Source: Candidatus Sungiibacteriota bacterium | GTDB taxonomy: Bacteria > Patescibacteriota > Minisyncoccia > Sungbacterales > HO2-52-23 | NCBI GenBank assembly: GCA_016180435.1 | Contig: JACPBG010000003.1 | Location: 13,791 to 77,790, forward strand | Direction of reading: 5' to 3' | Length of the DNA stretch: 64,000 bases | Program-made: the position numbers and the translations under genes | In this document: in pieces, positions 47,645-58,080 of the stretch | How positions within the stretch are numbered: position 1 is the first letter of the stretch | How the letters are laid out: every line of letters starts with the position of its first letter | Notes under the pieces: generated by a model | What the model saw: only the letters and a program-made list of their open reading frames with translations | What the model was told of the DNA's origin: nothing | The model's database searches: none

Positions 47645-49375
47645 TCACAGTAATTTATAACTTACATCCTCAATCCCTTTTATCCCCTTTAATCTCACCA
47701 TCATTTTTTCCACCTCGGTTTTATTTTTAAATCCCTCGGCATGTATTAGAAGCGCCGCCCATTTTTGATTTTTGGTGTCGGTATCCACTTTTTTTATATT
47801 TATTTTGTGTTTGGCCAGCATGTGGGTTACGTCGCGTAACAGTCCCACCCGGTCGCGGATCGTCAGGTTGAATTCCACTGTTTCTCCGCCGCGTTTTTCG
47901 AATTTTTTATCCCCCTCGGAATGTTTAAGAAAAGAACTTATTTTTTTACGCGCCTGCGCGCTTTTTACTATTTTCAGCCAATCGCGGCTCGGTTTTTTGT
48001 TTTTCTGTTTTAAGATTTCCACAATGTCCCCGTTTTTCAGGATATGATCCAAGGCAACCATTTTTCCGTTGATTTTGGCGCCGACTGCGGTGTTTCCAAT
48101 ATCGGAATGCACATGATACGCAAAATCAATGGGCGTAGATCCTTCCGGCAGATCAAAGGCATCGCCTTTGGGAGTCAGGACAAAAATCCTATCTTTGAAA
48201 AAATCGATTTTTAGCGCCTCCAAAAATTCCTCCGGTTTTTCAAATTCCTTTTGCCATTCGCGTAGCTGCTCAATCCAGGCAAAGTGCCGCGCATTTATTT
48301 TGGAGGAGCGCCCTTCGGCATACGCCTGGGTGTCGCGGCGTTTCATTTCCGAATATGCCCAATGCGCGGCAATTCCGAATTCCGCTTCTCCATGCATTTC
48401 TGGCGTTCGTATCTGAATTTCTATCGGACGCTCTTCATGGCCGATTACGGTGGTATGAAGCGAGCGATAGCCGTTGGGCTTGGGAAGCGCAATATAATCT
48501 TTGATGCGCCCGGGTAGGGGTTTCCAGAGTTTATGTATTACGCCAAGCGTCGCGTAGCAATCTTCAATTGTAGGCACAATGATGCGCAGCGCCACTATAT
48601 CCGTGATTTTTCTTACATCCATGCCATAACGCAGAAGTTTTTTGTAGAGCGAATAATAATGCTTGGCGCGCGCATTTATTCCGGTGAAAGGAATTCTTTC
48701 TTTCACAAGCTCCTCGGTAAGCACCGGTTTTATCCGCTCGACATATTTTCGCCAATCCTCATAGGTTTCTTTGGCCTCTTTCATAAGCCATTCGTATTCC
48801 GAAGAATACACATGGGGGAAAGACAGATCCTCCAATTTTCCCGAAAGATCCGCCATGCCGAGGCGATAAGCCAGGGGCGCGTAAATTTCCAGGGTTTCCA
48901 ACGCAATCCGTTTTTGTTTTTCCGGCGGCAGATGAGAAAGAGTTTGCATATTATGGAAACGGTCCACGAGTTTCAGTAAAACCACGCGAATATCTTCGCC
49001 GATTGCCAGAAACATTTTACGCAAGCTCTCGGCCGAGCGTTCGGTGCCGCGGTATCTTATTTTATCCAGTTTGGTGACTCCTTGAACCAGAAACGCAATT
49101 TCGTCTCCGAATTCTTTGCGTATGTCTTTAATCGAGTGGTACGTATCTTCGCATACGTCGTGCAGGAGCGCGGCGGCAATGGTGGAGGAGTCAAGATGCA
49201 TGTCAACGAGTTCAGATGCGGTTGCCAGGGGATGGGATATATATGGGTCGCCGGATTTCCGTTTTTGTTCTCCATGGGCTTTGGCGGCAAAATCGTAGGC
49301 GCGTTTAATCAACATCAGGTCCTCTGCGGAGCGCGCCTGCGCTTTTATTTTTTCGAAAAGATTTTGCGCGGTCAT
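47645..49375 (-). CDS. relA: RelA/SpoT family (p)ppGpp synthetase/hydrolase
   Basis: Q.RKSGDPYI.HP, LLHDVCED, KPNGYRSLHT and EIQIRT motifs, with TGS and ACT domains. Start moved to 49375. Confidence 0.95.
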   Translation of the reverse strand: MTAQNLFEKIKAQARSAEDLMLIKRAYDFAAKAHGEQKRKSGDPYISHPLATASELVDMHLDSSTIAAALLHDVCEDTYHSIKDIRKEFGDEIAFLVQGVTKLDKIRYRGTERSAESLRKMFLAIGEDIRVVLLKLVDRFHNMQTLSHLPPEKQKRIALETLEIYAPLAYRLGMADLSGKLEDLSFPHVYSSEYEWLMKEAKETYEDWRKYVERIKPVLTEELVKERIPFTGINARAKHYYSLYKKLLRYGMDVRKITDIVALRIIVPTIEDCYATLGVIHKLWKPLPGRIKDYIALPKPNGYRSLHTTVIGHEERPIEIQIRTPEMHGEAEFGIAAHWAYSEMKRRDTQAYAEGRSSKINARHFAWIEQLREWQKEFEKPEEFLEALKIDFFKDRIFVLTPKGDAFDLPEGSTPIDFAYHVHSDIGNTAVGAKINGKMVALDHILKNGDIVEILKQKNKKPSRDWLKIVKSAQARKKISSFLKHSEGDKKFEKRGGETVEFNLTIRDRVGLLRDVTHMLAKHKINIKKVDTDTKNQKWAALLIHAEGFKNKTEVEKMMVRLKGIKGIEDVSYKLL

Positions 49376-49425
49376 GTGTATTTTTAATAAATCCTGGCGT
49401 TTTTTCAATACAAATCCGCGTATTT

Positions 49426-51537
49426 TTACGCGGATTTTTCTTTTGTTTCTAGCTCTGATAGAGGATTTGTCCACGATGCAAAATCGCAGTTGGGGTAGCG
49501 CGAGCATCCGAAAAACACTTTGCCTCGGCGCGTGCGCCGCATGATCACGTCTCCCCCGCCCGCCGGGGCGGGCGAGGCTCGCCCGTCTTTGATGGGCGGC
49601 TCTGCGCATTTCGGACACTTCATGCCAATGGTTTGGGGCTCTTGTTTCAGGGTCTTGGTTGTTTTGCAATCGGGGAAGCCGGAGCAGGCCAAAAATTTTC
49701 CAAATCTTCCAAGTTTAACAATCATGGGTTTTCCGCATTTTTCGCAAATTTCGTCCGTGGTTTCGGCAATTTCATGTTTTTTCACCTCTTCGTATTTTGA
49801 TTCAAGATGCTTGGCGAATGGCTCGTAAAATTCGCGGATAACCGGCTGCCACTCCATTTTTCCTTCGGCTATCTCGTCCAGTTCCTCCTCCATTTTAGCA
49901 GTAAATTGTATGTCCACGATTTCCGGAAAGTGTTCGACCAGCATATCGTTTACCAGAAATCCGACCTCGGTGGGTTTTAGATACCTCCGTTCATGGCGTT
50001 CAACGTATTTTCGGGCAAGAATTGTGGAAATAATAGGAGCATAAGTGGATGGCCGGCCAATGCCATTTTTTTCAAGAGTTTTTACCAAGGTTGCTTCTGA
50101 AAAACGCGGCGGCGGCTGGGTAAAATGCTGAAGGGGTTTTAACTCCCGGCATTCAAGTCGATCGTTTTTGGCAAGTTCCGGAAGTTCGGCTTCGGAAAAT
50201 TTCATGGGGTAAATTTTGAGGAACCCGTCGAATTTCATAACTTGTCCCGTTGCCCGAAAAGTATAGCTGGTAGCTGGTAGCTGGTAGCTGGTAGCTACGG
50301 CAATATCTATGCTGGTGGCATCAAATATTGCCGCTGGCATTTGTGATGCGATAAATCTTCGCCAGATCATGTCATAGAGCCGGAATTGGCGCTGGTCCAG
50401 GAACTTTTTAATGGACTCCGGAGTGCGTCGAGGATCGGTTGGCCGAATGGCTTCATGGGCCTCTTGCGCTCCCCTGGAAGTTGTTTTGAACCGGCGGGGT
50501 GAGGCCGGGGCATAGCGATCTCCCAACTCTTTTTTCAAGAATGCCGCGGCATCGCGCAGTGAGTCCTCGGAAAGATTAAGCGAGTCGGTCCGCATGTATG
50601 TGATAAGTCCGGTGGATCCCTCGTCTCCGAGTTCAATTCCCTCATAAAGCTGCTGGGCGAACATCATGGTTTGTTTGGAAGAAAATCCGAGGCGGCGGAA
50701 CGCATCTTGTTGAATAGTTGAGGTCATGTATGGAGGAAGAGGATTTTTGGATACTGCTTTTTTTTCCACTTCATTTATCGTCCACTCCGCATTTTCCAGA
50801 TTTTTAACAATTTTTTCTGACTCTTCCGCGCTTGCGATATCAAATTTATCCAGCGTCTTATCCCCGATTTTTACTAAATTCGCTTCAAACTGCTGTTCGT
50901 GCTGTTGGTTTTCTGTTCGCGTTGTTTGTGTTTTGAGGAGCGAAGCGACGATAGACCAATATTCTTTGGTCTTAAAATTTTGAATTTCTCGTTCCCGCTC
51001 CACAATCAGGCGCACCGCAACGGACTGCACTCGTCCGGCGGATAGGCCGCGATACATTTTTTTCCACAAAAATGGCGATAGTTTATATCCTACCAGCCGG
51101 TCAAGGATCCGGCGCGCCTGCTGGGCATCAACCTGTTTTAGGTCAATATCGCGCGGATTTTTTAAAGCGTCATTTATGGCGCGTTCAGTTATTTCGTGAA
51201 ATACGATCCTTTCGATGTTATCGCCCGGCCGATCTTCGAGTCCGAGTGCGCTGATAAGATGCCAGGCAATGGCCTCTCCCTCGCGGTCTTCGTCGGTCGC
51301 GAGTATTATTTTATCCGCGGACTTGGCTTCTTTTTTTAATTGGTTTACGTTTTTCCGGCTTTTTAAGGGGATTATATAGCGCGGTTCGAAGTTTTTTTCT
51401 ACATCAATTCCAAGATCGGATTTGGGCAAATCGCGCACGTGGCCATAGCTTGATTCCACAATAAAATCGCTCCCTAAGAATCGGGAGATGGTTCGGGCTT
51501 TGGTGGGACTCTCAACTATTACTAAACTTTTTGCCAT
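49426..51537 (-). CDS. topA: DNA topoisomerase I
   Basis: IVESPTK, DEDREGE, SAGRVQS, ITYMRTDS and C-terminal Zn ribbons. Confidence 0.97.
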   Translation of the reverse strand: MAKSLVIVESPTKARTISRFLGSDFIVESSYGHVRDLPKSDLGIDVEKNFEPRYIIPLKSRKNVNQLKKEAKSADKIILATDEDREGEAIAWHLISALGLEDRPGDNIERIVFHEITERAINDALKNPRDIDLKQVDAQQARRILDRLVGYKLSPFLWKKMYRGLSAGRVQSVAVRLIVEREREIQNFKTKEYWSIVASLLKTQTTRTENQQHEQQFEANLVKIGDKTLDKFDIASAEESEKIVKNLENAEWTINEVEKKAVSKNPLPPYMTSTIQQDAFRRLGFSSKQTMMFAQQLYEGIELGDEGSTGLITYMRTDSLNLSEDSLRDAAAFLKKELGDRYAPASPRRFKTTSRGAQEAHEAIRPTDPRRTPESIKKFLDQRQFRLYDMIWRRFIASQMPAAIFDATSIDIAVATSYQLPATSYTFRATGQVMKFDGFLKIYPMKFSEAELPELAKNDRLECRELKPLQHFTQPPPRFSEATLVKTLEKNGIGRPSTYAPIISTILARKYVERHERRYLKPTEVGFLVNDMLVEHFPEIVDIQFTAKMEEELDEIAEGKMEWQPVIREFYEPFAKHLESKYEEVKKHEIAETTDEICEKCGKPMIVKLGRFGKFLACSGFPDCKTTKTLKQEPQTIGMKCPKCAEPPIKDGRASPAPAGGGDVIMRRTRRGKVFFGCSRYPNCDFASWTNPLSELETKEKSA

Positions 51538-51720
51538 AATTTATAAAAATACAAAATATAGGAACCAAAATTCAAGCAGGGATTAAAATTCAAAATTCAC
51601 CTAATTCCTAATTCACCTAATAAAATTTTTAAGGCCCGAATTCTTAATTGCTTTATTAGATATTTTATTAGAAATTAGACAATTAGGTAATTAGGAATTT
51701 ATCTTAATGGGCTTTGTGTT

Positions 51721-52803
51721 TTAAGTGATTCGTTGATATGTATCTCCCCCCGTATTTTTTATGAGCCCCTTTAATTCAAGCATTGAAAGCGTGGCTATGA
51801 TTGCGGAGGTTTCTAAATTCGTGCCGACTTTAATGGCGTCTACGCCAAGCGGTTCGGTCAGTATTTCAAAAATTAATTTTTCCTTTTCACCCAGCCCGGC
51901 GGCAAATTTTTCCGCCCCCTCTTTATTATACTCTATTCCGAGCTCTTCTAAAATATCTTCGGCAGTTGTTACGCATTTGGCGCCTTCTTTTATAAGTGCG
52001 AGCGGTCCGCGGGAATATAGAGAAAATATTGATCCGGGTAGCGCAAATACGTCGCGATTTTGTTCAAGAGCAAGCCGCGCGGTGATAAGCGCTCCGGATC
52101 GCTCCGGCGCTTCAATAACCAGCACTCCTTGTGACAATCCGGAAACAATCCGATTTCTTTGCGGAAAATGCTCTTTGAGCGCCGGAGTCCCGGGCGCGTA
52201 TTCGGATATTACTGCTCCATTATTTTCTATTATTCTTCGGGCAAGGCCTTTGTGCTGCGGCGGAAAAATAGAATTTTGATCAATACCCGAACCCAAGACC
52301 GCAAGAGTGTGCCCGCCGGAATCAAGCGCGGTTTCATGCGCCCGTCCGTCAATGCCCGTGGCAAGTCCGCTTACGATAGTTAAAAAGTCAGCCAGGCGCT
52401 GGGTAATTTTTTCCGCCGCCTCAAGCCCATAGTGGGTTGGTTTTCTGGTGCCGACCACCGCAATGGATCGGGTATTAAGGAGCGAAATATCTCCTTTGCC
52501 GTAAATAACGGCAGGCGGGCTCGGAATTTCCTTTAACGATTCGGGATAATTCGGATCATCTTCGTGGATTGCCCAAATGCCCTCGCGGATCAATGTTCCC
52601 AGTCCTTTATCCGGATGGATAGACGGGCGTTTCCAGAGAATTGATTGCAGGGCGGCGGCCGTAATTCCAACGGAAGCCAGCGCCGATTCATTGGCGTACC
52701 AAGCTGTTTCATAATTCCCGAAATGGTTTTTGAGCGCGCGCAAAGTTACCGGTCCGATGCCGGGGATGGAATTAAAAGCATGTAGAAATTTCAGATCAGT
52801 CAT
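51721..52803 (-). CDS. dprA: DNA-processing protein DprA
   Basis: VVGTR, SGLATGID, FPQRNRIVSGL and SGALITA motifs. Confidence 0.95.
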   Translation of the reverse strand: MTDLKFLHAFNSIPGIGPVTLRALKNHFGNYETAWYANESALASVGITAAALQSILWKRPSIHPDKGLGTLIREGIWAIHEDDPNYPESLKEIPSPPAVIYGKGDISLLNTRSIAVVGTRKPTHYGLEAAEKITQRLADFLTIVSGLATGIDGRAHETALDSGGHTLAVLGSGIDQNSIFPPQHKGLARRIIENNGAVISEYAPGTPALKEHFPQRNRIVSGLSQGVLVIEAPERSGALITARLALEQNRDVFALPGSIFSLYSRGPLALIKEGAKCVTTAEDILEELGIEYNKEGAEKFAAGLGEKEKLIFEILTEPLGVDAIKVGTNLETSAIIATLSMLELKGLIKNTGGDTYQRIT

Positions 52804-52878
52804 GTCGGTTACTCTACACAATTTTTATTTATTGGGCAAATGAGGTAATATAAAATCGATAGTTCTTTGGGAATATAT

Positions 52879-53373
52879 ATGCGCGTATTCATGCGATATG
52901 TGCTCGTTTTGCTGCCACTTTTTTTCTTTGTGCAAAGTTGCGCATTCTTTCGATTCAATCCTCGTTCGGATACGGAATTTCGTAAACATCCTCTCGGCAT
53001 GAGTATCTATAATATGAGCGGGATGGAAATAAGCGATGCAGAATGGCAGAGGATTTTTAGTGAGGTTGCGGCCGCGCATCAGGCGCTTAAGGCCTGTTTG
53101 AAAATGAAGGGGGCTACATATAAAGAGCTTATGACACGCTCCATTGTTATTATTCCTCCGGAGGATATATTTTATATCGATGATAAAACGGGCGGGTTTG
53201 TAAATCTAATCTCCATTTTTATCCGTAAGGATAACGTATTTTTATTTTCCATACGCCATGAATGGATTCATATGTACATTTTTTTCGAGAATCCTTTAAC
53301 GCTTGGTGACCCGCCTCATTGGAGCAGGAAGTTCGCGCGCTGCGAAGAAAAATATCATCGTGAGAACAATTGA
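52879..53373 (+). CDS. Putative lipoprotein with an HExxH motif
   Basis: VQSC lipobox-like sequence and IRHEWIH. Confidence 0.55.
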   Translation: MRVFMRYVLVLLPLFFFVQSCAFFRFNPRSDTEFRKHPLGMSIYNMSGMEISDAEWQRIFSEVAAAHQALKACLKMKGATYKELMTRSIVIIPPEDIFYIDDKTGGFVNLISIFIRKDNVFLFSIRHEWIHMYIFFENPLTLGDPPHWSRKFARCEEKYHRENN

Positions 53374-53512
53374 GCACGGCACGGAAATTTTCCGCGCTTT
53401 TTTATTGACACAGCTACGCTACAAGCTCAGCCTTTGGGTTGGGGAATTTGACACTTAAATAACGTGCCGGTAGGGTGATAATATTGTACTTTGCTAAAAA
53501 AAGGGTGCAGTC

Positions 53513-55621
53513 ATGCAAAAAAAGATATTTTATGCAGTCGCGATTTATCTGTTACTGGTCGGAACTGTTGTCCGGGCGGGTGACATGCCCGAGACCAGAA
53601 TTGAGAACGTGTGCGAGATTATGCATGCGGTTGAAGTGTGCGATCCGTATCAGTGGCTTGAAAGTGACGCTTCTGAAGTTAAACAGTGGGTGGATGAACA
53701 GAATCGTTATGCGGCATCACAGTTAAGCGGCATTTCCCAACGCACGGCTATCCGTAAACGGCTTGCGGATCTTTATAAATCGTACAGTCGATCATTGCCT
53801 TATGTTTATGGCAATCGGTATTTTTTTAGCGCAGGCGGCAGCGAACAGAGGATTCTCTATGTTCAGGAAGGAGAAGATGGAACACCCCGCGTGCTTATTG
53901 ATCCTAACGCGTTGAGTGAAAAAGCCGGAAAAACAATTTCTTTGGGCGGTTGGAACGTGTCGCGTGACGGTAAACTCTTAGCATACGGATTATCCGACAC
54001 CGCGGGTGATGCCAAGTCGCGCTATGTGTTGAAAGTTGATTCCGGCGAGAACCTTTCGGATGTCATTCCATCTTACCTGTTTCCTTATGTCAATGACTGG
54101 GCGTATGACGGAAGCGGGTTTTACTATACCCGAAGGCCGTCTTCCGTTCCGGCCGGAGAAGAAAAATATCACCAAAAGCTTTATTTTCACCGACTCGGAA
54201 CACTATGGCAGGATGATACACTGCTTTGTTGTGAGGGCCTTAGAAAAGAGGCGTGGCCGTGGGCGCGTGTTTCCGATGACGGCCAATGGCTTTTGGTGAG
54301 TGTCATGGTTGAGGCGCGAAAGCACGAGATTTTTCTGAAAGACCTTTCAGATGATGCAGTTGATCTTATTCCGGTGATACGCGGCGTTAGTGCGGAATTT
54401 TATTCCGTAATCCACGGCCAGTATTTGTATATTCTCACTAATCATGAAGCGCCGCTTTGGAAAATAATGCGGGTAAAAATTGAGGATGTTTCCAAAGGCA
54501 TGGATGCCTGGCAGACGGTTATTCCCGAAGGAACGCATGGAATAGAAGGTATGCATATTTTCGGTGATCAATTGTTCGTGAAAACCCTGGAAAATGTTTC
54601 CTCCCGCTTTACAAGCCATACTCTTGAAGGTCAGTATCTTAGGACAATTCCTCTTCCGGTTTTGGGTTCGCTGGACGGATTCAGTTATGAACCAAGATCG
54701 CAAGAATTCTTTTTTGGGTTCAGTTCTTTCTTTTTTCCATATACTGTTTATCGGTACGACCTTGAAAGTGAAAATTATGAGAAACTTTGGGGCGATAATG
54801 TGTCGGGCGTAGATCCCACGCAGTTTGATATTTGGCAGATTTGGTACTCGTCTAAAGACGGCACCGGGGTTCCCATGTTTTTAATGCACAAGAAAGGACT
54901 GGCGCGCGATGGGAACAATCCGACGCTGCTTTACGGATATGGCGGATTTGGCATAAGCATTACGCCGTATTTTGACAAGGACATGCTTATGTTTCTTGAA
55001 CGCGGCGGCGTATATGCGATTGCCAATTTGCGCGGCGGAGGCGAATTCGGAGAAAAATGGCATGAAGCCGGGCAACGCGAGAAAAAGCAAAATGTTTTTG
55101 ATGACTTCATTGCCGCAGCCGAATGGTTGATTCGGGAAAACTATACCAACCCGGAACGCCTTGCCATATTCGGGTGGTCAAACGGCGGGCTTCTTACAGC
55201 GGCCGCCTTGACACAGAGATCGGATCTTTTTAAGGCGGTAATCATTGGCGCTCCGGTGCTGGATATGGTTCGCTTTGTGAAGTTTGTGGGCGGAAGATAT
55301 TGGATAAATGATTACGGCGATCCGGATGATCCGGCGCATTTCAGTAATCTTCTGGCGTATAGCCCCTACCACAATGTTCGGGACGGCGTGTTTTATCCAG
55401 CCACCTTGATTCTTATTGCCGATACGGATGATCGGGTGCATCCTCTGCATGCCTATAAAATGGCTGCCCGGCTTCAGGCGGCCAACGCTTCGGACAATCC
55501 TATTTTGCTTCGCGTAGAAAAAGGAACAGGCGGACATGGGGGGGCTACGACCATGTCTCGAAAGATTGAGATGAATGCGGATAAGTGGAGTTTTATATTT
55601 TTGCACCTCAATATTGAGTAA
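53513..55621 (+). CDS. Secreted prolyl oligopeptidase (S9A)
   Basis: DPYQWLE, YGYGGF, GWSNGG, DDRV and GGHG motifs, plus a signal peptide. Confidence 0.93.
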   Translation: MQKKIFYAVAIYLLLVGTVVRAGDMPETRIENVCEIMHAVEVCDPYQWLESDASEVKQWVDEQNRYAASQLSGISQRTAIRKRLADLYKSYSRSLPYVYGNRYFFSAGGSEQRILYVQEGEDGTPRVLIDPNALSEKAGKTISLGGWNVSRDGKLLAYGLSDTAGDAKSRYVLKVDSGENLSDVIPSYLFPYVNDWAYDGSGFYYTRRPSSVPAGEEKYHQKLYFHRLGTLWQDDTLLCCEGLRKEAWPWARVSDDGQWLLVSVMVEARKHEIFLKDLSDDAVDLIPVIRGVSAEFYSVIHGQYLYILTNHEAPLWKIMRVKIEDVSKGMDAWQTVIPEGTHGIEGMHIFGDQLFVKTLENVSSRFTSHTLEGQYLRTIPLPVLGSLDGFSYEPRSQEFFFGFSSFFFPYTVYRYDLESENYEKLWGDNVSGVDPTQFDIWQIWYSSKDGTGVPMFLMHKKGLARDGNNPTLLYGYGGFGISITPYFDKDMLMFLERGGVYAIANLRGGGEFGEKWHEAGQREKKQNVFDDFIAAAEWLIRENYTNPERLAIFGWSNGGLLTAAALTQRSDLFKAVIIGAPVLDMVRFVKFVGGRYWINDYGDPDDPAHFSNLLAYSPYHNVRDGVFYPATLILIADTDDRVHPLHAYKMAARLQAANASDNPILLRVEKGTGGHGGATTMSRKIEMNADKWSFIFLHLNIE

Positions 55622-55734
55622 ATATGAATCGGCGTGGTTTTTATAAATCGCGCTTTTTTATCGGTTGCGTTATTTTTTAATAGTGCTACAGGTGGGTATA
55701 AGTACATTGAAATTTAACGAATGGAAAGAGTTGC

Positions 55735-56913
55735 ATGAAGCGCCTGATTTTTCTAATGTCGCTTTTTTATCTTATTCAGGTTTATGGAGGAAATCCCGGC
55801 ATATATGATCTTTCATTTGGTTTGTATCTTAAAGAAACGCTTGGATTTTCGGCGGAAAAAATTGCGCATATCGGGACTATTATACTTCTGCCCTGGAACA
55901 TAAAGCCTCTCTGGGGAATCATGGCGGATAGTTTTCCGCTTTTCGGGTCTCAACTACGGAATTATTTTTTCCTATGCTATGCGCTGGCCGCCGTTACTCT
56001 TTTTGTTCTATCGATCGTGGATTCTTCTTCCGTCTCAATCATTATCGGGGGAGTTTTTATGGTTTCTTTGTGTATCGCGTTTTCCGATGTTCTTACCGAT
56101 AAGATGATGGTGGTTGAGGGTTCGGCTCGCAAGAAAACAGGAGTTTTGCAAGCTACCCAGTGGACAGCCGCGGGACTTGGCGGTGGGGGAATGTATTACC
56201 TTGGAGGAATTTTTGCCGGGCGATTGGGCCTTAAAGTCGCGTTTCGCATGAGCACCATTGTTCCGCTGGTCGGACTCTTTGCCACATATTTTTTTATTCG
56301 TGAGGAAAGAACGGATCGAGAGGCGATATCTTTGGGAAAAAGCAGCAGGGCACTATGGATTGCCGCGAAATCCAAACAATTTCTGGCGGTCGCCGCCTTT
56401 ATTGCTTGTCTTCGTTTCAGTCCGAATCCGCCGCTTCTTTTCTATTTGCGCGATGTATTGAAGTTTGACCCGGAATTTATGGGCACGCTGGATGCGATTG
56501 GATCTATAGCGCAGGGTATCGGGGCGGCGGTATTCGGGATTTTATGTTCAAGAATCTCGCGAAAAACGCTTCTAAATATGACAATCGGACTTAGCGCGCT
56601 CTCGTCTTTAGGCCTTATATTCATGCATGATGTCCAAAGTGCCATATGGGTATATGGTTTTACCGGATTTTTCAGCATGATTGCAACGCTTGGAATTTTG
56701 GAACTTGCGGTACGCCTTTGTCCTGTGGGAGCAGAGGGGACCGCCTATGCGTTTCTCGTATCGATCTACAATTTTGCTGGACGGCCCGCGACGATTATCG
56801 GTGCGCGGATGTATGATAACGGCGTTTCGTTTACCGCTTTAGTTCTCGTCGGTTCGGCGTTCACGCTTCTTTGCTGGTTTCTAATCCCCATTCTTAAACT
56901 TGAAAAAGAATGA
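55735..56913 (+). CDS. MFS transporter, BT1 folate-biopterin-like
   Basis: About 12 TM helices, PWNIKPLWG..D, DV..D..MV and CP.G.EGT motifs. Confidence 0.8.
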   Translation: MKRLIFLMSLFYLIQVYGGNPGIYDLSFGLYLKETLGFSAEKIAHIGTIILLPWNIKPLWGIMADSFPLFGSQLRNYFFLCYALAAVTLFVLSIVDSSSVSIIIGGVFMVSLCIAFSDVLTDKMMVVEGSARKKTGVLQATQWTAAGLGGGGMYYLGGIFAGRLGLKVAFRMSTIVPLVGLFATYFFIREERTDREAISLGKSSRALWIAAKSKQFLAVAAFIACLRFSPNPPLLFYLRDVLKFDPEFMGTLDAIGSIAQGIGAAVFGILCSRISRKTLLNMTIGLSALSSLGLIFMHDVQSAIWVYGFTGFFSMIATLGILELAVRLCPVGAEGTAYAFLVSIYNFAGRPATIIGARMYDNGVSFTALVLVGSAFTLLCWFLIPILKLEKE

Positions 56914-57022
56914 AAGATTTTTATGGTAGTTGGGGCGTCTCTATCGGGCGCTCTTTTATTTTGTTGCGGTTTTGGTATGTTTATAGTAGGTCATTAAATA
57001 GAAGTTTTTTGAGGAGGTTTTC

Positions 57023-57799
57023 ATGAATAAAATAGCGCGATTGCGAGTGGGTTTTGGGGTATTGCCTTTGATATTCGGTTTTTTCTTTTTTGCTTGCGGA
57101 AACGATGATGTCGAAAATGGAAAGCCGGTTGACACTCATCCCATCGGAATTGCGCCGCCGAAAAAAAGCTCCGGGATAATTACGGGCCGAGTTATGCTCG
57201 CGCGCAATGTATATGCGTCGCAGCCGAAAAGTATCTCAATCAGCAAGGATACGGATATTTGCGGGTTCAGCAAGTCGGATAAATCTTTGTTGATGCGGGA
57301 CGGCGGCATTGAAAATACGGTCGTATGGATCGAGGGTATGCCCGCGGGCCGTTCCTGGCCGTTTCATTTTCCGGCGCTTGATCAAAAAAAGTGCGAATTT
57401 AAACCGAGATTAATGTTTGTGGGGGTCGGAGAGGAAATGACCGTTTTGAATAACGATGGCATTCTTCATAATTTACATACATACAGCCGCATAAATCCGG
57501 CGCTGAATATCGCCCAGCCGAAGTTTAAGAAAGAAATTAAAGTTAAATTTGAAAAACCCGAGATTATAAAAATCGGTTGCGATGTCCACAGTTGGATGTC
57601 CGGCGTTGTCGTTGTTGCGGACCATATTTATTATGCGGCCACCAATAGCGAGGGCGAATTTAATTTTTTGCAGGACGTTCCTGCCGGAAAATATATGTTG
57701 CGCGCCTGGCACGAAAAACTCGGGGAATTATCACAGGAAGTTTTGGTTGAGTCGGGGAAAACCACTGAAATCATTTTTGAATATACAAAAATCCCCTAA
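57023..57799 (+). CDS. Lipoprotein with cupredoxin-like and carboxypeptidase-regulatory-like domains
   Basis: FFAC lipobox, DQKKCEF.P, HNLH, CDVHSWM and VPAGKY..WHE. Confidence 0.75.
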   Translation: MNKIARLRVGFGVLPLIFGFFFFACGNDDVENGKPVDTHPIGIAPPKKSSGIITGRVMLARNVYASQPKSISISKDTDICGFSKSDKSLLMRDGGIENTVVWIEGMPAGRSWPFHFPALDQKKCEFKPRLMFVGVGEEMTVLNNDGILHNLHTYSRINPALNIAQPKFKKEIKVKFEKPEIIKIGCDVHSWMSGVVVVADHIYYAATNSEGEFNFLQDVPAGKYMLRAWHEKLGELSQEVLVESGKTTEIIFEYTKIP

Positions 57800-58080
57800 G
57801 GTTTCTTCGGGGACTTTTTATTGCGATAACCCGAATGGCTGGATAAGTCAATGTTGACGTGATTTAATCCGGAGATATTCTTAGATTAGTAATCTAAATA
57901 CGCTTATTTTATCAAGGATCCCAGAAAGGAAAGGGCAACCCGCCTAAATTTTGCCGAGCAAAATTTAGGCGAGGCCATTCTATCCCTAAGGATAGAATTT
58001 GTAATAGCCCTTTACTTTTCTCGGGATTTTTTGGTAGGGTTGGCGTAGCGGTCTTTTACAAGACAAGGAAGGAATATGTT

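Noticed and set aside
49376-49669. N-terminal extension of RelA/SpoT in the ORF track
   Set aside because: It overlaps the topA 3' end in another frame. Homology begins near MTAQNL at 49375.
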